Position numbers and translations under genes: made by a program
Notes under the pieces: generated by a model
What the model saw: only the letters and a program-made list of their open reading frames with translations
Databases searched by the model: none
What the model was told of the DNA's origin: nothing
Shown here: positions 40,475 to 52,000 of the stretch, piece after piece
Layout of the letters: each line of letters begins with the position of its first letter
Position numbering within the stretch: position 1 is the first letter of the stretch
DNA from: Felis catus
Lineage: Eukaryota
DNA length: 64,000 bases
Assembly: GCF_018350175.1 (NCBI RefSeq)
Contig: NC_058368.1
Span: 51,089,815 to 51,153,814, forward strand
Direction of reading: 5' to 3'

Positions 40475-40946
40475 TGGTAGCTTATGCACCATGGGCATTA
40501 AGGAGGTGGATGAGTTCCTGGGGTAAGGATAGCATGGAGTCTACTTTTAGACAAACAGTCTTGGATGAAGAAAGGGCCACAGTGATCACCTGGCTGAATA
40601 CAGACAGGCCCATTAGTGGACCCACTCTGAAATACCCATAGGCCCTAAGTGACCAGTGGGCTACTTACACTAGACACAGTTACCAAAAAAGGGAAAATTC
40701 CAAACATCACCACACCTCCTCACCTTCCCTCCTTAAAAGTAGCCCTCTGCCACTGCCTCATAGCGGACAGCCTCTCCTCTGCTGTCCTGCCCACTGCTCC
40801 CTTGTGGTATATTTAATAAACTCTACCTCCTTTGTTTTTCTTCAGGTGAATTCTTTTACCTTCTGTGCCACCGGCTTCCACCCAATTGTTGCATCACCTT
40901 TGGGGGCTCCCATCCAATCAAGAGACCCCCCCATTTAGGCACAACA
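40475..40946 (+). mobile_element. Solo ERV LTR
   Basis: TG...ACAACA ends, TTAAAAG TATA-like, AATAAA at 40815-40820, near-TSD AACA/GACA. Confidence 0.65.
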
Positions 40947-42252
40947 GACAGCATCTGATTTTTCCATGGTCTCTGTAAGATAGCTCTCCACCCATTTCTC
41001 TGCTACTAACCAAGTGAGCATTGCTAACCCACCTACTCAGGCACCTTGATACGGAAAAGGGCCTAAACAGCAGCCTCCTATAGACACCAGAAATCACACA
41101 ACTCTGATCAATGTAAGTTAATAAATTGGAATTCTGATGGACTCCTCATTGTCATATAATATGGGATAGTGAGAGTCACTCCCCATGACTCTAGTCAACT
41201 TTGGGTACACTGATAATATCAAGACTTACAAAACTGATAACCGGTCCTGTGAAGGTGGTCATCTACCGAGGTGAGTCTACAGGTGGTGTCTCCATGGCAC
41301 CCAGCCTCAGCAATCACCTGGAATTGTTCATGTCCCTGTATAACCAATCCGTCCCCCTGCTCTTTCTCTTTCCTTTCATTTCATGAGGCAAGTTTTAGAA
41401 CTCTATCAACCTCGAAGAAAACATGCGAATGGAGGAGAAATATTTTGCTGACGCAAAATATCCTGCTTAATGGTCTACGTTTAACTAACAATGTCAGTCA
41501 AAGACACATTAAAAAAGAAAAAAATATATGACATGCAGATGATGACAATTCTTGGGGAAATATCATCCTACCTGAGAAACCAAGCCAAATAACATACGGC
41601 ACACCAATTGTCTCCCTCTGAAGACTAAGTAACCACACAGGCCCCACAAGGCCCCAACACCTGAGATCCACAGCTGACTGAACCAGCAGTGAAGACTGAT
41701 CTAAAGAGAGCAATCTAGAGTCCACTAGTTGCCTAGTGATATTTTGATCAAAAGTTCCTCCAATGTGAGATGACAGTGAGTAAATCTGAAGTTCTCTCTG
41801 CAGGTCTGTGGCTTATAAATATTTTTTAAACGTCAAAATTCTAATACAGAACTATGGCTGACCATGTTAGCCCTCCTATTTTTGTACCCTGACTGGTACC
41901 TCTCACCTTAGCTGAGTTTAAGAACTCTCTTAATATCTGATCAGGGAACCCCATGGTCTCCAAGCCAAGGGGTTCTCATTCTAGATGGAGGGAATGAGGG
42001 AACAGAGGAGGATACACCACAGACAGAGGGACTCTGCATTCAAGAGTCCTATTCCAACACCTGTGACCAGTCTACTCATGTGGAATTTGTCCCAAGTAAA
42101 TATGAAGAAAATCAACAGCATGAAACAGGCACCAAATGAAGAAGCACTGGGAATGATCCCAGAAGAAACAAACAAAAAAAAGTTATTTAATTTTTGAAGT
42201 AATTTTCTCAGAGATTAAGTTACAATATTCATAAAACAAGGAAAAACTGTTA

Positions 42253-42641
42253 TTTGGTAGCGGGATTCTCAGACAGAGGGACGGGACACCGAGGCCTTTC
42301 TTTCCAGGAAGCAGCTTTATTTGTGCTAGCCCAGGCTCAGTGGGCCAGGACCCCAAAAGGCTGAGCCCCAAGCACAGCGGGGTGTAGCCTTTTATATAAT
42401 TTCTACTTCTTTGTCTCCCATACATGGTAACATACAGACATATTGTCTGATTGGGCAGTCTATGTTACAGAATCATGAGGAATGTCATGTACAAACATAC
42501 AGTCTGATTGGACACAATCCAAATTATAGACCCTAGTCAGAGCTATGCATATGTATAGGAGTTGATTGGGCCACGTTGCCTTTCTTTGTTCTGAGAAGGC
42601 CTCTACCACATTCCTTAGGGAGGGGCTCTATCTCTACCACA
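42253..42641 (-). mobile_element. Solo ERV LTR with triplicated CCAAT box
   Basis: TGGTAG...CTACCACA inverted ends; on the - strand: three CCAATC, TATAAAA (about 42389-42395), AATAAA (about 42316-42321). Confidence 0.75.
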
Positions 42642-42796
42642 ACTTAAGATGTTAATCGGAAAATAAGAAATTCTTATAAAACAAAATTTAAAAAACCTAT
42701 TGCCAAAAGAAGAAACTCATTAAAAGAGCTGAATAGTAGAATGGACACAACTAAAGACCAAATTAGTAACTGGAAGACTAAGTCATGCAATCCTAT

Positions 42797-43506
42797 TGAT
42801 GAAGTTTTGGGATGGTGGGGGTTCTGGAGCCGACGACCAAGCAAGAAAAATTCTTGAAGACGTCTTTGGTGCAAAAAGTACGGGGACAGGACCATTAGGC
42901 AGGAAGAGCTGCACTGGGGTTGTGAAGAGTGGCTCATTACATACTATGAAGCTGGGGGAGGTAAAGTCAAAAGGGAGGCCTCCTGAGGGACTTTGATGTG
43001 CTGAAGAGGACTCCTAAATTACCTGAGGCCTTGCTATTGTCAAGCGAAGATTGTTTTCCCTCTAGTAAGGAATTAACATTAGGACAGTAGTTCCTGGAGA
43101 AATGTTGTACTCTGTATTTGTCTCAAGTGTTGTCAGTGGGCTGCAGGTTATAAGGAAATTTAATTTCACCTGCCATTTCCTGCTTGCCTTTGTTCCCCAT
43201 ATCACTATGGAGGGGATGTGATGTTGGGGCTCCAGGAAACTGAGTCTACAGGTTACTGGAGATTAGGCTATTGATAAGATTGTCTTTTTCTTGTAATTTA
43301 CCAAAACACCTGTAAACTGATAGAGACCCATGTCCTGTATGACTGATCTCTATCAGCTGGCCATTTGTTTTCTTTCCTTTTCTTTGTCCTTGGGCAGCCA
43401 GGAGTGCCTGAGGAATATCATACATATCTCACCTGGTGGGGGGGGGGGGATGGAGAGGGATGCTAGCTTGTATGTTGCCCTCAGCCTGCCTTATGCTCCC
43501 TCATCA
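42797..43506 (-). mobile_element. Solo ERV LTR, family X long form, copy C
   Basis: TGATGA...TCATCA; TSD CTAT/CTGT; long identical stretches with copy A; inserted in an old L1 ORF1-like remnant. Confidence 0.9.
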
Positions 43507-43597
43507 CTGTCAGAGCATTGAGCAGAAATGCAAAAAAATATGAAAATTACAAGAATCAAGTGGAGCCATTGAGGATAAACGCAAGAGACATGATATC

Positions 43598-44026
43598 TGA
43601 TGTGGGAAACAAAGGCAGAAGGAAATGGTAGAATTAAATTCCCTTATAACCTGCAGCCCATTGATAAATACTTGAGGCAAATACAGAGTAAAACATTTCT
43701 CTAGGAACGCCCTACCATCCTAATGTTAATGTTCTGCTAGAGGGAATAACAGCCTTAGCTTGACAGTAGCTAGGCCTTCAGTATCCTGTGAGTCTTCATT
43801 AGCATATGAAAATCTCAAGAGAAACTTTCTCTGGACTTTACCTCCCCCAACTCCTAAATGTATAAGTAGTCTCTTCAGAGGGTCTGGAACAGCTCTTCCT
43901 GCCCACGGGTCCTGTCTCCCTGCCTTAATAAAATCACCTTTTTGCACCAAAGACGTCTCAAGAATTCTTTCATGGCTCTCAGCTCCGGACCCCACGAACT
44001 CCACAATCACCCCCAAAACCTCATCA
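43598..44026 (+). mobile_element. Solo ERV LTR, family X short form, copy D
   Basis: TGATG...TCATCA; perfect 5-bp flanking repeat ATATC; TATAAG at 43861, AATAAA at about 43927. Confidence 0.88.
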
Positions 44027-44736
44027 ATATCTATCCAATATACGTTCAGAAGGAGAAAAGACAGGAAACTGAATGAAGAAAATAACAGAAAATTTCTTTG
44101 AGTTGAAGAAAGAGTTGATCATCCAAAAAAAAAAAAAGCCTCTCATATGAAATGGGAATTATCAAAAGGAGATAGCTAGATGTTTGTTGCTGAAATGCTT
44201 AGGCACATTCTTTCTGAGAACCACAACAATTCCATAAATATAGCTTCTAAAGAACAAAACTATCTAGGTCTATTCTGTCTGAAATGGTGCATAGACAATG
44301 TCTGCATGGAATATGTTTTAAATGTCTGCTAGATTCATTCAAAGAAGGCATCCACCCATTTTATTCTACTTTTAGCCAGCATCTGCTGCAGAACAATAGA
44401 GGCATGGATAATCACTCCGTGCTTGCCAGTTAACTAAGAAACACTAACGGGCTATTTTATGAGGAAAGCTACAAACAATACTTTTCTTTGAGGTAGAGTG
44501 ATTTAAAGGATAAATTATAACCACCCTCAGCTTTCCACAAATGGAAAGAAAGATTTCTTCACAATAAAGTATGTTGAGTCAATTGCATTGAGCAATGATT
44601 TTATAGCCACACGTTAGTTCAATTGTTCACATTCTTCACTTCACGAATTAGTCCTTGGAACCTAATCCCTTCCTGTGCACTTGCAAAATTCCATTCAAAC
44701 TTTAATAAGTTGGTAAAGTTTACACACACACACTCG

Positions 44737-44783
<47 letters not shown>

Positions 44784-45837
44784 GGAACATATAGAAAATA
44801 TATACACACAAGACAGCCTTTCACTCTGTGAGGCATTCTCTTCAATCTTGTTTTAAAATACTCTTTCTTGATATCTTACTGAAGTTTTCATCTTCCCTGT
44901 TAAAATTAGGTTTTATCTTCTTGCCTGGTGTCTGGAGAATATGGGGCCAGAACAATGGCAGACAGATAATGGCCTAAGTCATGGAGAAGACGTTGATGGC
45001 CCTTATTACCATGGTTGCTGTTGTTGTTTAAAGGAAATTAAATATACTTTGCCCAAAGTTTCCTGTTTTACAGAACCAATGTCATGGCACGTGTGTTTAA
45101 ACATCCCAAATGAATTAACAAAGAACTGATCAGGGAGACAAACCCTGGCTGCTTGCCAGTGTTTCTGATAAAACATAAGCTTTCAAGAAAATGAAATTTA
45201 ATCATCACAGTTTGGAGACAGACTCAGATTTTGCTCAATAGCAGCACAGGAAGGGCAAGGCAGGAAAAGGAGAAACTGAAATTCAAGTGCACCAAAGTAG
45301 CTAATCTGGGCAAAATTGATCAGCTTATGGGGTTTTTCTTTTTTAGAAATAGTCTGAATTCTCACATTCTGATCTGCCATTTCAAATATTGCTGATTTCC
45401 TCTGACAGCTCATAGTCACAAGCAATCCCTTATAGCTAGCACTGCTCTTGTCAAGATAAAGATCTGTCCATTGTACTCTACTTGCTACTAGAATAAAAGC
45501 AACAGCCATTAAAAAAAAAATCTTCCTAGCCACTTCCATTGGGAATGAAGAGGGCTTAAATTTCATTCATGTAATAGTATGATTGACTTGTTGAAAGCAT
45601 CGGGTTTGCATTAACGTATTCAACAAAATTTTATAATATGTAAGTATGTTTGTATGTAACATGTATGGAGTCCTGTGGTCTCCACAGGGCAAGTCAGTTT
45701 CCTGCCAAACAGAACTTTCCCATCTAATAAGGGATATCAGGAGGCCCTTGTGCCCCAAGGGGACATGCAGGTAGGGCATGTTGAGCTAAACTTAGAATGT
45801 TGCACAGGGCTCCTAGATGTGGCCTCTGCACTTAGAT

Positions 45838-46028
45838 AGGGGTTTCCCACCTGGGATATTATTAACATTTTGGAGCAGTTAACTTATTGTAGGGAGCTGT
45901 CCTGTACATGGCAGCATGTTTGGCAGCATCCCTGGCCCCTACCCACTAGATGCCACAAATCTGGTGAATGTCCCCAGACATTGCCAAAAGTCCCTTGGAG
46001 GACAAACTCATCTGACTTAGAATCTCTG
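45838..46028. mobile_element. MER20-like hAT element
   Basis: GCAGCATCCCTGGCCCCTACCCACTAGATGCCA...CCAGACATTGCCAAA. Confidence 0.8.
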
Positions 46029-46056
46029 ACTTAGGTGGAAGATAAGAGAGTTGTGC

Positions 46057-46345
46057 GGTGACAGGGAATCTCTGGTACTGACAGGGACAAATCCGTGATA
46101 AGATGGCCAACAGGGCCGAGAGGGGAATTCCAGTCCCTGCCCGAAGACTCCCCTTCCGGGTTTTTCTTCCCACTCACTTGTGGCGCGAACAGAATACAAA
46201 CTGTCCCCTCTGCTTCTGCTCAGGACTCAGATCTCTGGAGAGGGATCTCCTCTGAGTCCACCGGTGTAAAATAAGACTCCGATCCACCAAGATCTCCAAG
46301 TGCCACTTGGTGTTTCCACCAGCGACCCAGCCTGGTTCCGTAATA
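46057..46345 (+). mobile_element. Short solo ERV LTR
   Basis: GGTGACAGGG...TTCCGTAATA (mutated TG..CA), near-TSD GTGC/GTAC, AAATAAG signal, CpG-retaining. Confidence 0.6.
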
Positions 46346-46479
46346 GTACAAAGGTCCCTAGGATGATGAATACCTTGGTCCCTTGGGTGTGGGGAGATGC
46401 TAAGCCCAATATGAGAAAGACATAACTAGGTTCAGATCCAAAGGGCCTGGGTAAGGCTGGTTGACAGCTTGGAGTTTAT

Positions 46480-46780
46480 AAATTATCTACTGCTGTGTAA
46501 CAACCCTCAAGACATTTCCACTTAAAACAACAAACATCTATTGCCTAAACAGTTTCTGAGGGTCAGGAATCCTGGAGCAGCTTAGCTGGGCGGCTCTAGC
46601 TTAGGGTCTCTCACAAGGTCACGGTCAAGCTGGTAGCCAGGACCAGTCTTTGAAGACTGGACTTGCTATGGAAAGAGGAGGGTCCAGGCTGGCTGTGAGC
46701 AGGTGTGTTCAGTTCCTTCCTGTGTGGGCCTTCCACGGGGCTGGCCCTCCATTGCTTTTCCCCAGGGAGAGGGATGGAAG
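46480..46780 (-). mobile_element. MLT1 (MaLR) LTR fragment
   Basis: TGCTGTGTAACAA...CTTAAAACAACAAACATCTATT...GGTCAGGAATCC...CTTAGCTGGG. Confidence 0.7.
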
Positions 46781-47044
46781 AGAAAATTTGCATTGAAAAA
46801 CAATCACCCTGGCTTCTACTTAGAGCGAAGAGCAAAAGACAAAAGGAATTCAACAATCCTTTTTGATTGGAGAGGTGCCATCATAGTACAATTTATCATT
46901 TAAGCCCCTGGATACTTAGAAAGTGACTCTAATTACAGAAGCCCTTAGTCTTTAAATTGGTCACAGTTCCACAAAAGTACAAAGTAATTAAACTAGCAAA
47001 TAACTGAACCAGCTCTTCTTCTGAATTCAATGGTGGCAAAACCT

Positions 47045-47740
47045 GGAATGTAAATCGGGGTAGTCACTGTGGAAAATGGTATGGAGATTACTCAAAAAAT
47101 AAAAAAATAGAAATGCCACATAATCCAGTAGTTCCACTAGTAGTATTCAACCAAGGAAAATGAAAACACTAATTCGAAAAGACACATGTACCTCTATGTT
47201 TACTGCAGTGTTATTTACAATAGCCAAAATGTGGAAGCAGCCCAAGTATCTACGAATAGATGAATGTATAAAGAAGATATGGTGTGTGTGCATATAATAT
47301 GTATTCTATATAATGGAATATTACTCAGCCATAAAAAAGAATGAGATTTTTGCCATTTGCAATAACGTGGATCAAACTAGAGAGTATAATACTAAGTGAA
47401 ATAAGTCAGAGAAAGACAAATACTATATGGTTTCACTTACATGTGGAATCTTTAAAACAAAACAAAGCAGAAACACACCCCTAAATACAGAGAACAAACT
47501 GGTGGGGAGAATGGGCAAAATGGGAGAAGGGGAGTGGAAGATAACGGACATCCAGTTATGGAATGAATAAGTCCGGGGGGCGAAAGGTACAGCATAGGGA
47601 AGATACTCCAGGGTCCCATAACAGACGGTAGCTACACTTGTGGTGAGCACAGCATAACATATAGAGTTGTCAAATCACTACATTACCTGAAACTAATGTA
47701 ACATTGTGCGTCAACTATCCTTCAGTTAAAAAAAAAAATA
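47045..47740 (+). mobile_element. 5'-truncated carnivore L1 3' end
   Basis: ORF2-end/3'UTR motifs (AATGGAATATTACTCAGCCATAAAAAAGAATGAG) and A-tail. Confidence 0.88.
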
Positions 47741-48349
47741 CTCGCAAAATCTGAGCCCAGAGAAGCTAAATGACGGCACTTCTGCGAAAGCTCATCAGAT
47801 ATGATAAAACTCATCATTCCTTTATAAAGCTTTTCCACGGTGAGATGGTGGAAGTCATCAGAGCCCGTTTGTCATTTCATGTAAAAATGGTCTTAGGAAT
47901 TTTTCAGATTTTAACTAACCTGTCTTCTGTACCACTATGAGCATAAACCAATTGTCCAAGACTAGACAGCCCAAGGGAAATAACAATTACCCAGAGAAGC
48001 AGAGCGAGGTCCAGCCCAGCCAAGCCACAGTGATTGATTATCAGCAAAGAGGTCTGAACAAGCTGTCAGGCCAGTGTCTTTGGGCAATAATAGCAGGGAA
48101 GCAGGCAGTGTATCCTAAGCCAGGAGCCAGGCAGAGGACCAGGAATTGGAGACCTGTATATGCAAAAATGCAGTGCAGGAGCAAACAAGTGAACAAGCTG
48201 GGGAAAAGTGTGATTAACTCCCAACGCCCTTCTTAATCTCAAGCCGTCAGGAACTCAGGCTGGCACATCTGTCCCTAGACCATGGTGTCCGACAGGGGTG
48301 AAATGGAAGGGGAAGATGAGTGGCCTTAAACACTGTACATGCCATATTC

Positions 48350-48572
48350 TTTTGTTCTTAATTTTTTAAATGTTTATTTATTTTTGAGAGAGAGACAGAG
48401 ACAGAGTGTGAGCGGAGAAGGGGCAGAGAGAGAGGGAGACACAGAATCCAAAACAGGCTCCAGGCTCTGAACTGTCAGCACAAAGCCTGATGCAGGGCTT
48501 GAACCCACGAACCGCGAGCCATGACCTGAACCGAAGTCGGTCTCTCGACCAACTGAGCCACCCAGGCGCCCC
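48350..48572 (-). mobile_element. SINEC_Fc SINE about 0.4 kb upstream of the ACOD1 TATA box
   Basis: TSD CATGCCATATTCT on both sides. Confidence 0.93.
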
Positions 48573-48884
48573 CATGCATGCCATATTCTACTTAACCAAT
48601 CCACAGGGGACATTTGATTGTTTCTGATTTTTAATCTTATAAGCAAATCTGTGAATTATTTTTTGCTAAGTTTTGTTCTATACATCCATGCCTATTTCCT
48701 TAGGATAAATTTTTAGAAGTGAGAATACCTGAATAAAAGAGTGCAAATTTTTCTACTTTTGATGTATGGCATCTAAGCACAAGATGCATTCAGTTCCCTG
48801 ATATCTATGAGAAATCATTTGACCATTTGTACATTACTTCCCAGCCTTGTCTAATTCCTCATCTCCAGTTGGGTTAAACAACTC

Positions 48885-49030
48885 GTTGAGAGGAAGTGGA
48901 AGTAATTGTACTTGGGAGGTGTTGAAATCATGGAAACTTTAGCGTCAGAATGAAGTGAAAGAGAATGGGCTGGAAAGAATGAAGGGTATAAAGGGAGTCA
49001 CCTAGCAAGTGAATTACTCCTCCAGTTCAC
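48885..49030 (+). promoter_or_regulatory. ACOD1 core/proximal promoter
   Basis: TATAAA at 48987-48992; IRF-type GAAGTGAAAG at 48952-48961; tandem ETS/PU.1 GAGGAAGTGGAAGT at 48890-48903; kB-like TGGAAACTTT at 48931-48940; Inr-like CCAGTT at about 49022. Confidence 0.75.
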
Positions 49031-49059
49031 TCCTGAGATAAGCCTCCTCTTTCAACACG

Positions 49060-49068
49060 ATGCTCAAG
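49060..49068 (+). CDS. ACOD1: ACOD1 exon 1 coding part (MLK)
   Basis: ATG CTC AAG followed by donor GTATTG, about 70 nt after TATAAA. Matches the recalled N-terminus (M)MLK and joins exon 2 in phase 0. Confidence 0.88.
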
Positions 49069-52000
49069 GTATTGTTATATTTTATGTGCTTATTTAAATC
49101 GGTTTTCTAGCTTACCTCTCCTTTTCTCAATTTCCTTACAGCTTCCTGCTTCTTCTTCAAAAAATGGCATTTTAACATTTCTCATGCCTCTGCGCTATTT
49201 AATTAACTGCATCTTGTTTTTCATCAGTGTTTTACCAGTAAGAGACATGATTCTGTTGCATACAATTAGGAAGAAAACGAATCATTGCAAGTTCATTGAA
49301 TTGTAACCTCCCAGTCTTGTCTATATCCATTATGGCATGGCCAGATTGCCTTTGTAATGATCTGTTTACTGTCCTTAGTTTCTTGGAGAAGATAATCCTA
49401 TTGTGGCAGGAATCCTAACATCTTGGTTTAGTATTCTAGAGAGCTTAGCACAGTGCCAGACACAGAGTAAGATGTCATGAAATATTTATCAAATGGTTGC
49501 ATGTTTTGTCTTAATATATACATTAATCACAGCATGTTATTGAAAAGAAATGTAAATGTCATGAGAAAATCAGGAAGACCAGAAGAAGTATTTTAGAAAT
49601 AGATGGACTACAGACAGTGGGGCAGTTGCATGTTTATTTTCTCATGCTCCCTTCCTCAGGAGCCATTTCTTTGGCACACAGGGCGTTATTCAGAACTTGT
49701 CAGGGAATCCCCATGGGGCCCTACCTGCATAGGTCACCAGCACCATGGGAACATGCAAATGGATGCCACAGTCACCTTCCAGATGCCATGTTGGAGCCCC
49801 GACAACAAATCCTCCCTAGGCATACAGCTTTCCCCATAACGCACTCCCAGGTCAGATCTAACCCTGAAGAGGTAAACAATCAATCACCAAATGCCCTTAA
49901 CTGTGGGAGCTGTGGGAATGGAAAGAGACATTGAAAAATAAAGTCATTTTGCTTAGAAAAGGGGTCCAACCAGTTCTCAAAACTCCAAGTTTTACTTGGT
50001 GGATCATCAAGCCAGGGCTTTTTCCTCCTTGCCTCCCTCTGCCCCTAAATATGTTTACCCAAATTTCTAGCAGCATGACAAAGTTATTGTTATTCTCCAT
50101 CCTAATTAGAAACACCTGTGCCAGCACCCTCTCTCTCCCATTCATGTTCTCTCCTGCTCTCTCCCACCCCAGACTCCCTCACCTTTCTACCAGAGCTTCA
50201 GAGACATACAATGTAGTCCATCCTTTTGAAAAAGGCAGGGTTTCCATGACTTGAGCATCTGAAGACTGAAAATATGGGACTAGCTGGTGGCCAGGTTGAG
50301 GACTTGCAGCTGGGCACTGGATCCATCTCTGTACCCCCGTGCAGGCACTATTCTTAGACACCCTGGATCTTCCAATTCAGAAACTCCTTACCCTATAGCT
50401 AATGTTTTAAAATGAGGTATCTGGGAGCACCTGGGTGGCTCAGTCTGTTGAGTGTCTGACTCTTGGTTTCAGCAGGTCGTGATCTCAGGGTCTGTGAGTT
50501 TGAGGCCTGTATCAGGCTCTGCGCTGACAGTGCAGAGCTTGCTTGGGATTCTCCCTCTCCCTCTGCTCCTTCCCCACTCGCTTGCTCTCTCTCAATATAA
50601 ATAAATAAACTTTAAAATAAATAAACAAATAAATAAATAAATAAACTGACATATCTAATGCTCAGAGAGACCAAGGAGGTTGTACAATGATACAATACTC
50701 AGAGCAGTAAAGGGAAACCACCTGGCATTTGCTAGGCAGTACTAAGCGCTAGGCATGTAGGGAAACACAGTTGAAGAGTGGATGCTTTTAGCTATACATA
50801 ATAGATGTTCTCTTATGCAGATGTGTAGAAAACAAAATAATTGCCTACACATTGAAGAACTTGATATTTAAAGGAATTGCAAAGTACTCTGCTGCTTATG
50901 AAATGCAAATAAGTCTGCGGGTTTTTATTATCTGGTTTGTGGGTGGAAGCAGAATGGTCTTCTCCGCTAGGACGACCATATTCAGCAGGCACTTCATATT
51001 CAGCAAGTTCACGGTGAGCCCATTATCATTGTTCAGCTGCTCCTCTTCCTGTGCTCCCTCTCTTGGCAAATGGCACTGCCATATCCCCATCCCGAACCCG
51101 GGCTATTGCAGCAGTCTCTTACCTGCCCTTGTCTACCCCTCGACCCATTCTCTACATGACAGACTACATGAGAGAGCTTTGCAAAACACAGTTCTGATCA
51201 CATCTACCTTTTTAAAGACAGCACTATGGCGCCCCTTTGACAGGAAGTCTTCAGCATAGTGGAACCTCCCCAGCTTGGTCCAAGTCTGCGAATCCCTCTC
51301 ACCTCCGCCCCTGCATGAAGCTCTGAAGCTGGGGTTGGCCCAAATCACTGCATCCTCTCACGTCTCCAAGCCCCGCCCATGCTGCACCTCTGCCTTTAAC
51401 CTCCACCCTTGTCCCAGGCCCCTTCACCTGCTGACTCCCTTAAGTGTTCATAGCCAGCCCAGGTATCCATGCCTTCAGGTAATCTCCATCAACAAGAATG
51501 AATGGGAAGTCGTTCTCAAGTCGTTCTCAGTCGGTTGAGCATCCGACTTCAGCTCAGGTCATGATCTCACCGGCTGTGAGTTTGGGCCCCATGTCGGGCT
51601 CTGTGCTGACAGCTCAGAGCCTGGAAACTGCTTCGGATTCTGTGTCTCCCTCTCTCTCTGCCCCTCCCCCACTCATGCTCTCTCTGTCTCTGAAAAATGA
51701 ATAAACCTTAAAAAATTTTTAATAAAAAAATATATTTCATTTACCAATATATCCTAAATATTATCATCTTAGCATGTAATATTTTAAAATTATTAATGAG
51801 ATGCTTTATATTCCTCTTTTCCTACTAAGTCTTCAAAATCCAGTGTTTATTTTGCTCTCATGACACATCCCAGTTTGGACTGGCCACATTTCAAATGCTC
51901 AATAGCCAATGTGGAGAGTAGCTACCACATTGGACATAATAGCACTAGAGCATTTAAGAATCACCTAAAGATTTTAATGAAAACACAGAATCCTGTGCTA

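Noticed and set aside
15917..43506. LTRs A and C as the two ends of one provirus
   Set aside because: Each has its own TSD, they are 27 kb apart, and no gag/pol/env ORF or PBS lies between them.
46181..46192. TGGCGCGAACAG as a tRNA-Lys primer binding site
   Set aside because: Imperfect match, and it lies inside the 46057-46345 LTR before the TATA-like and poly(A) signals, not after a terminal CA.
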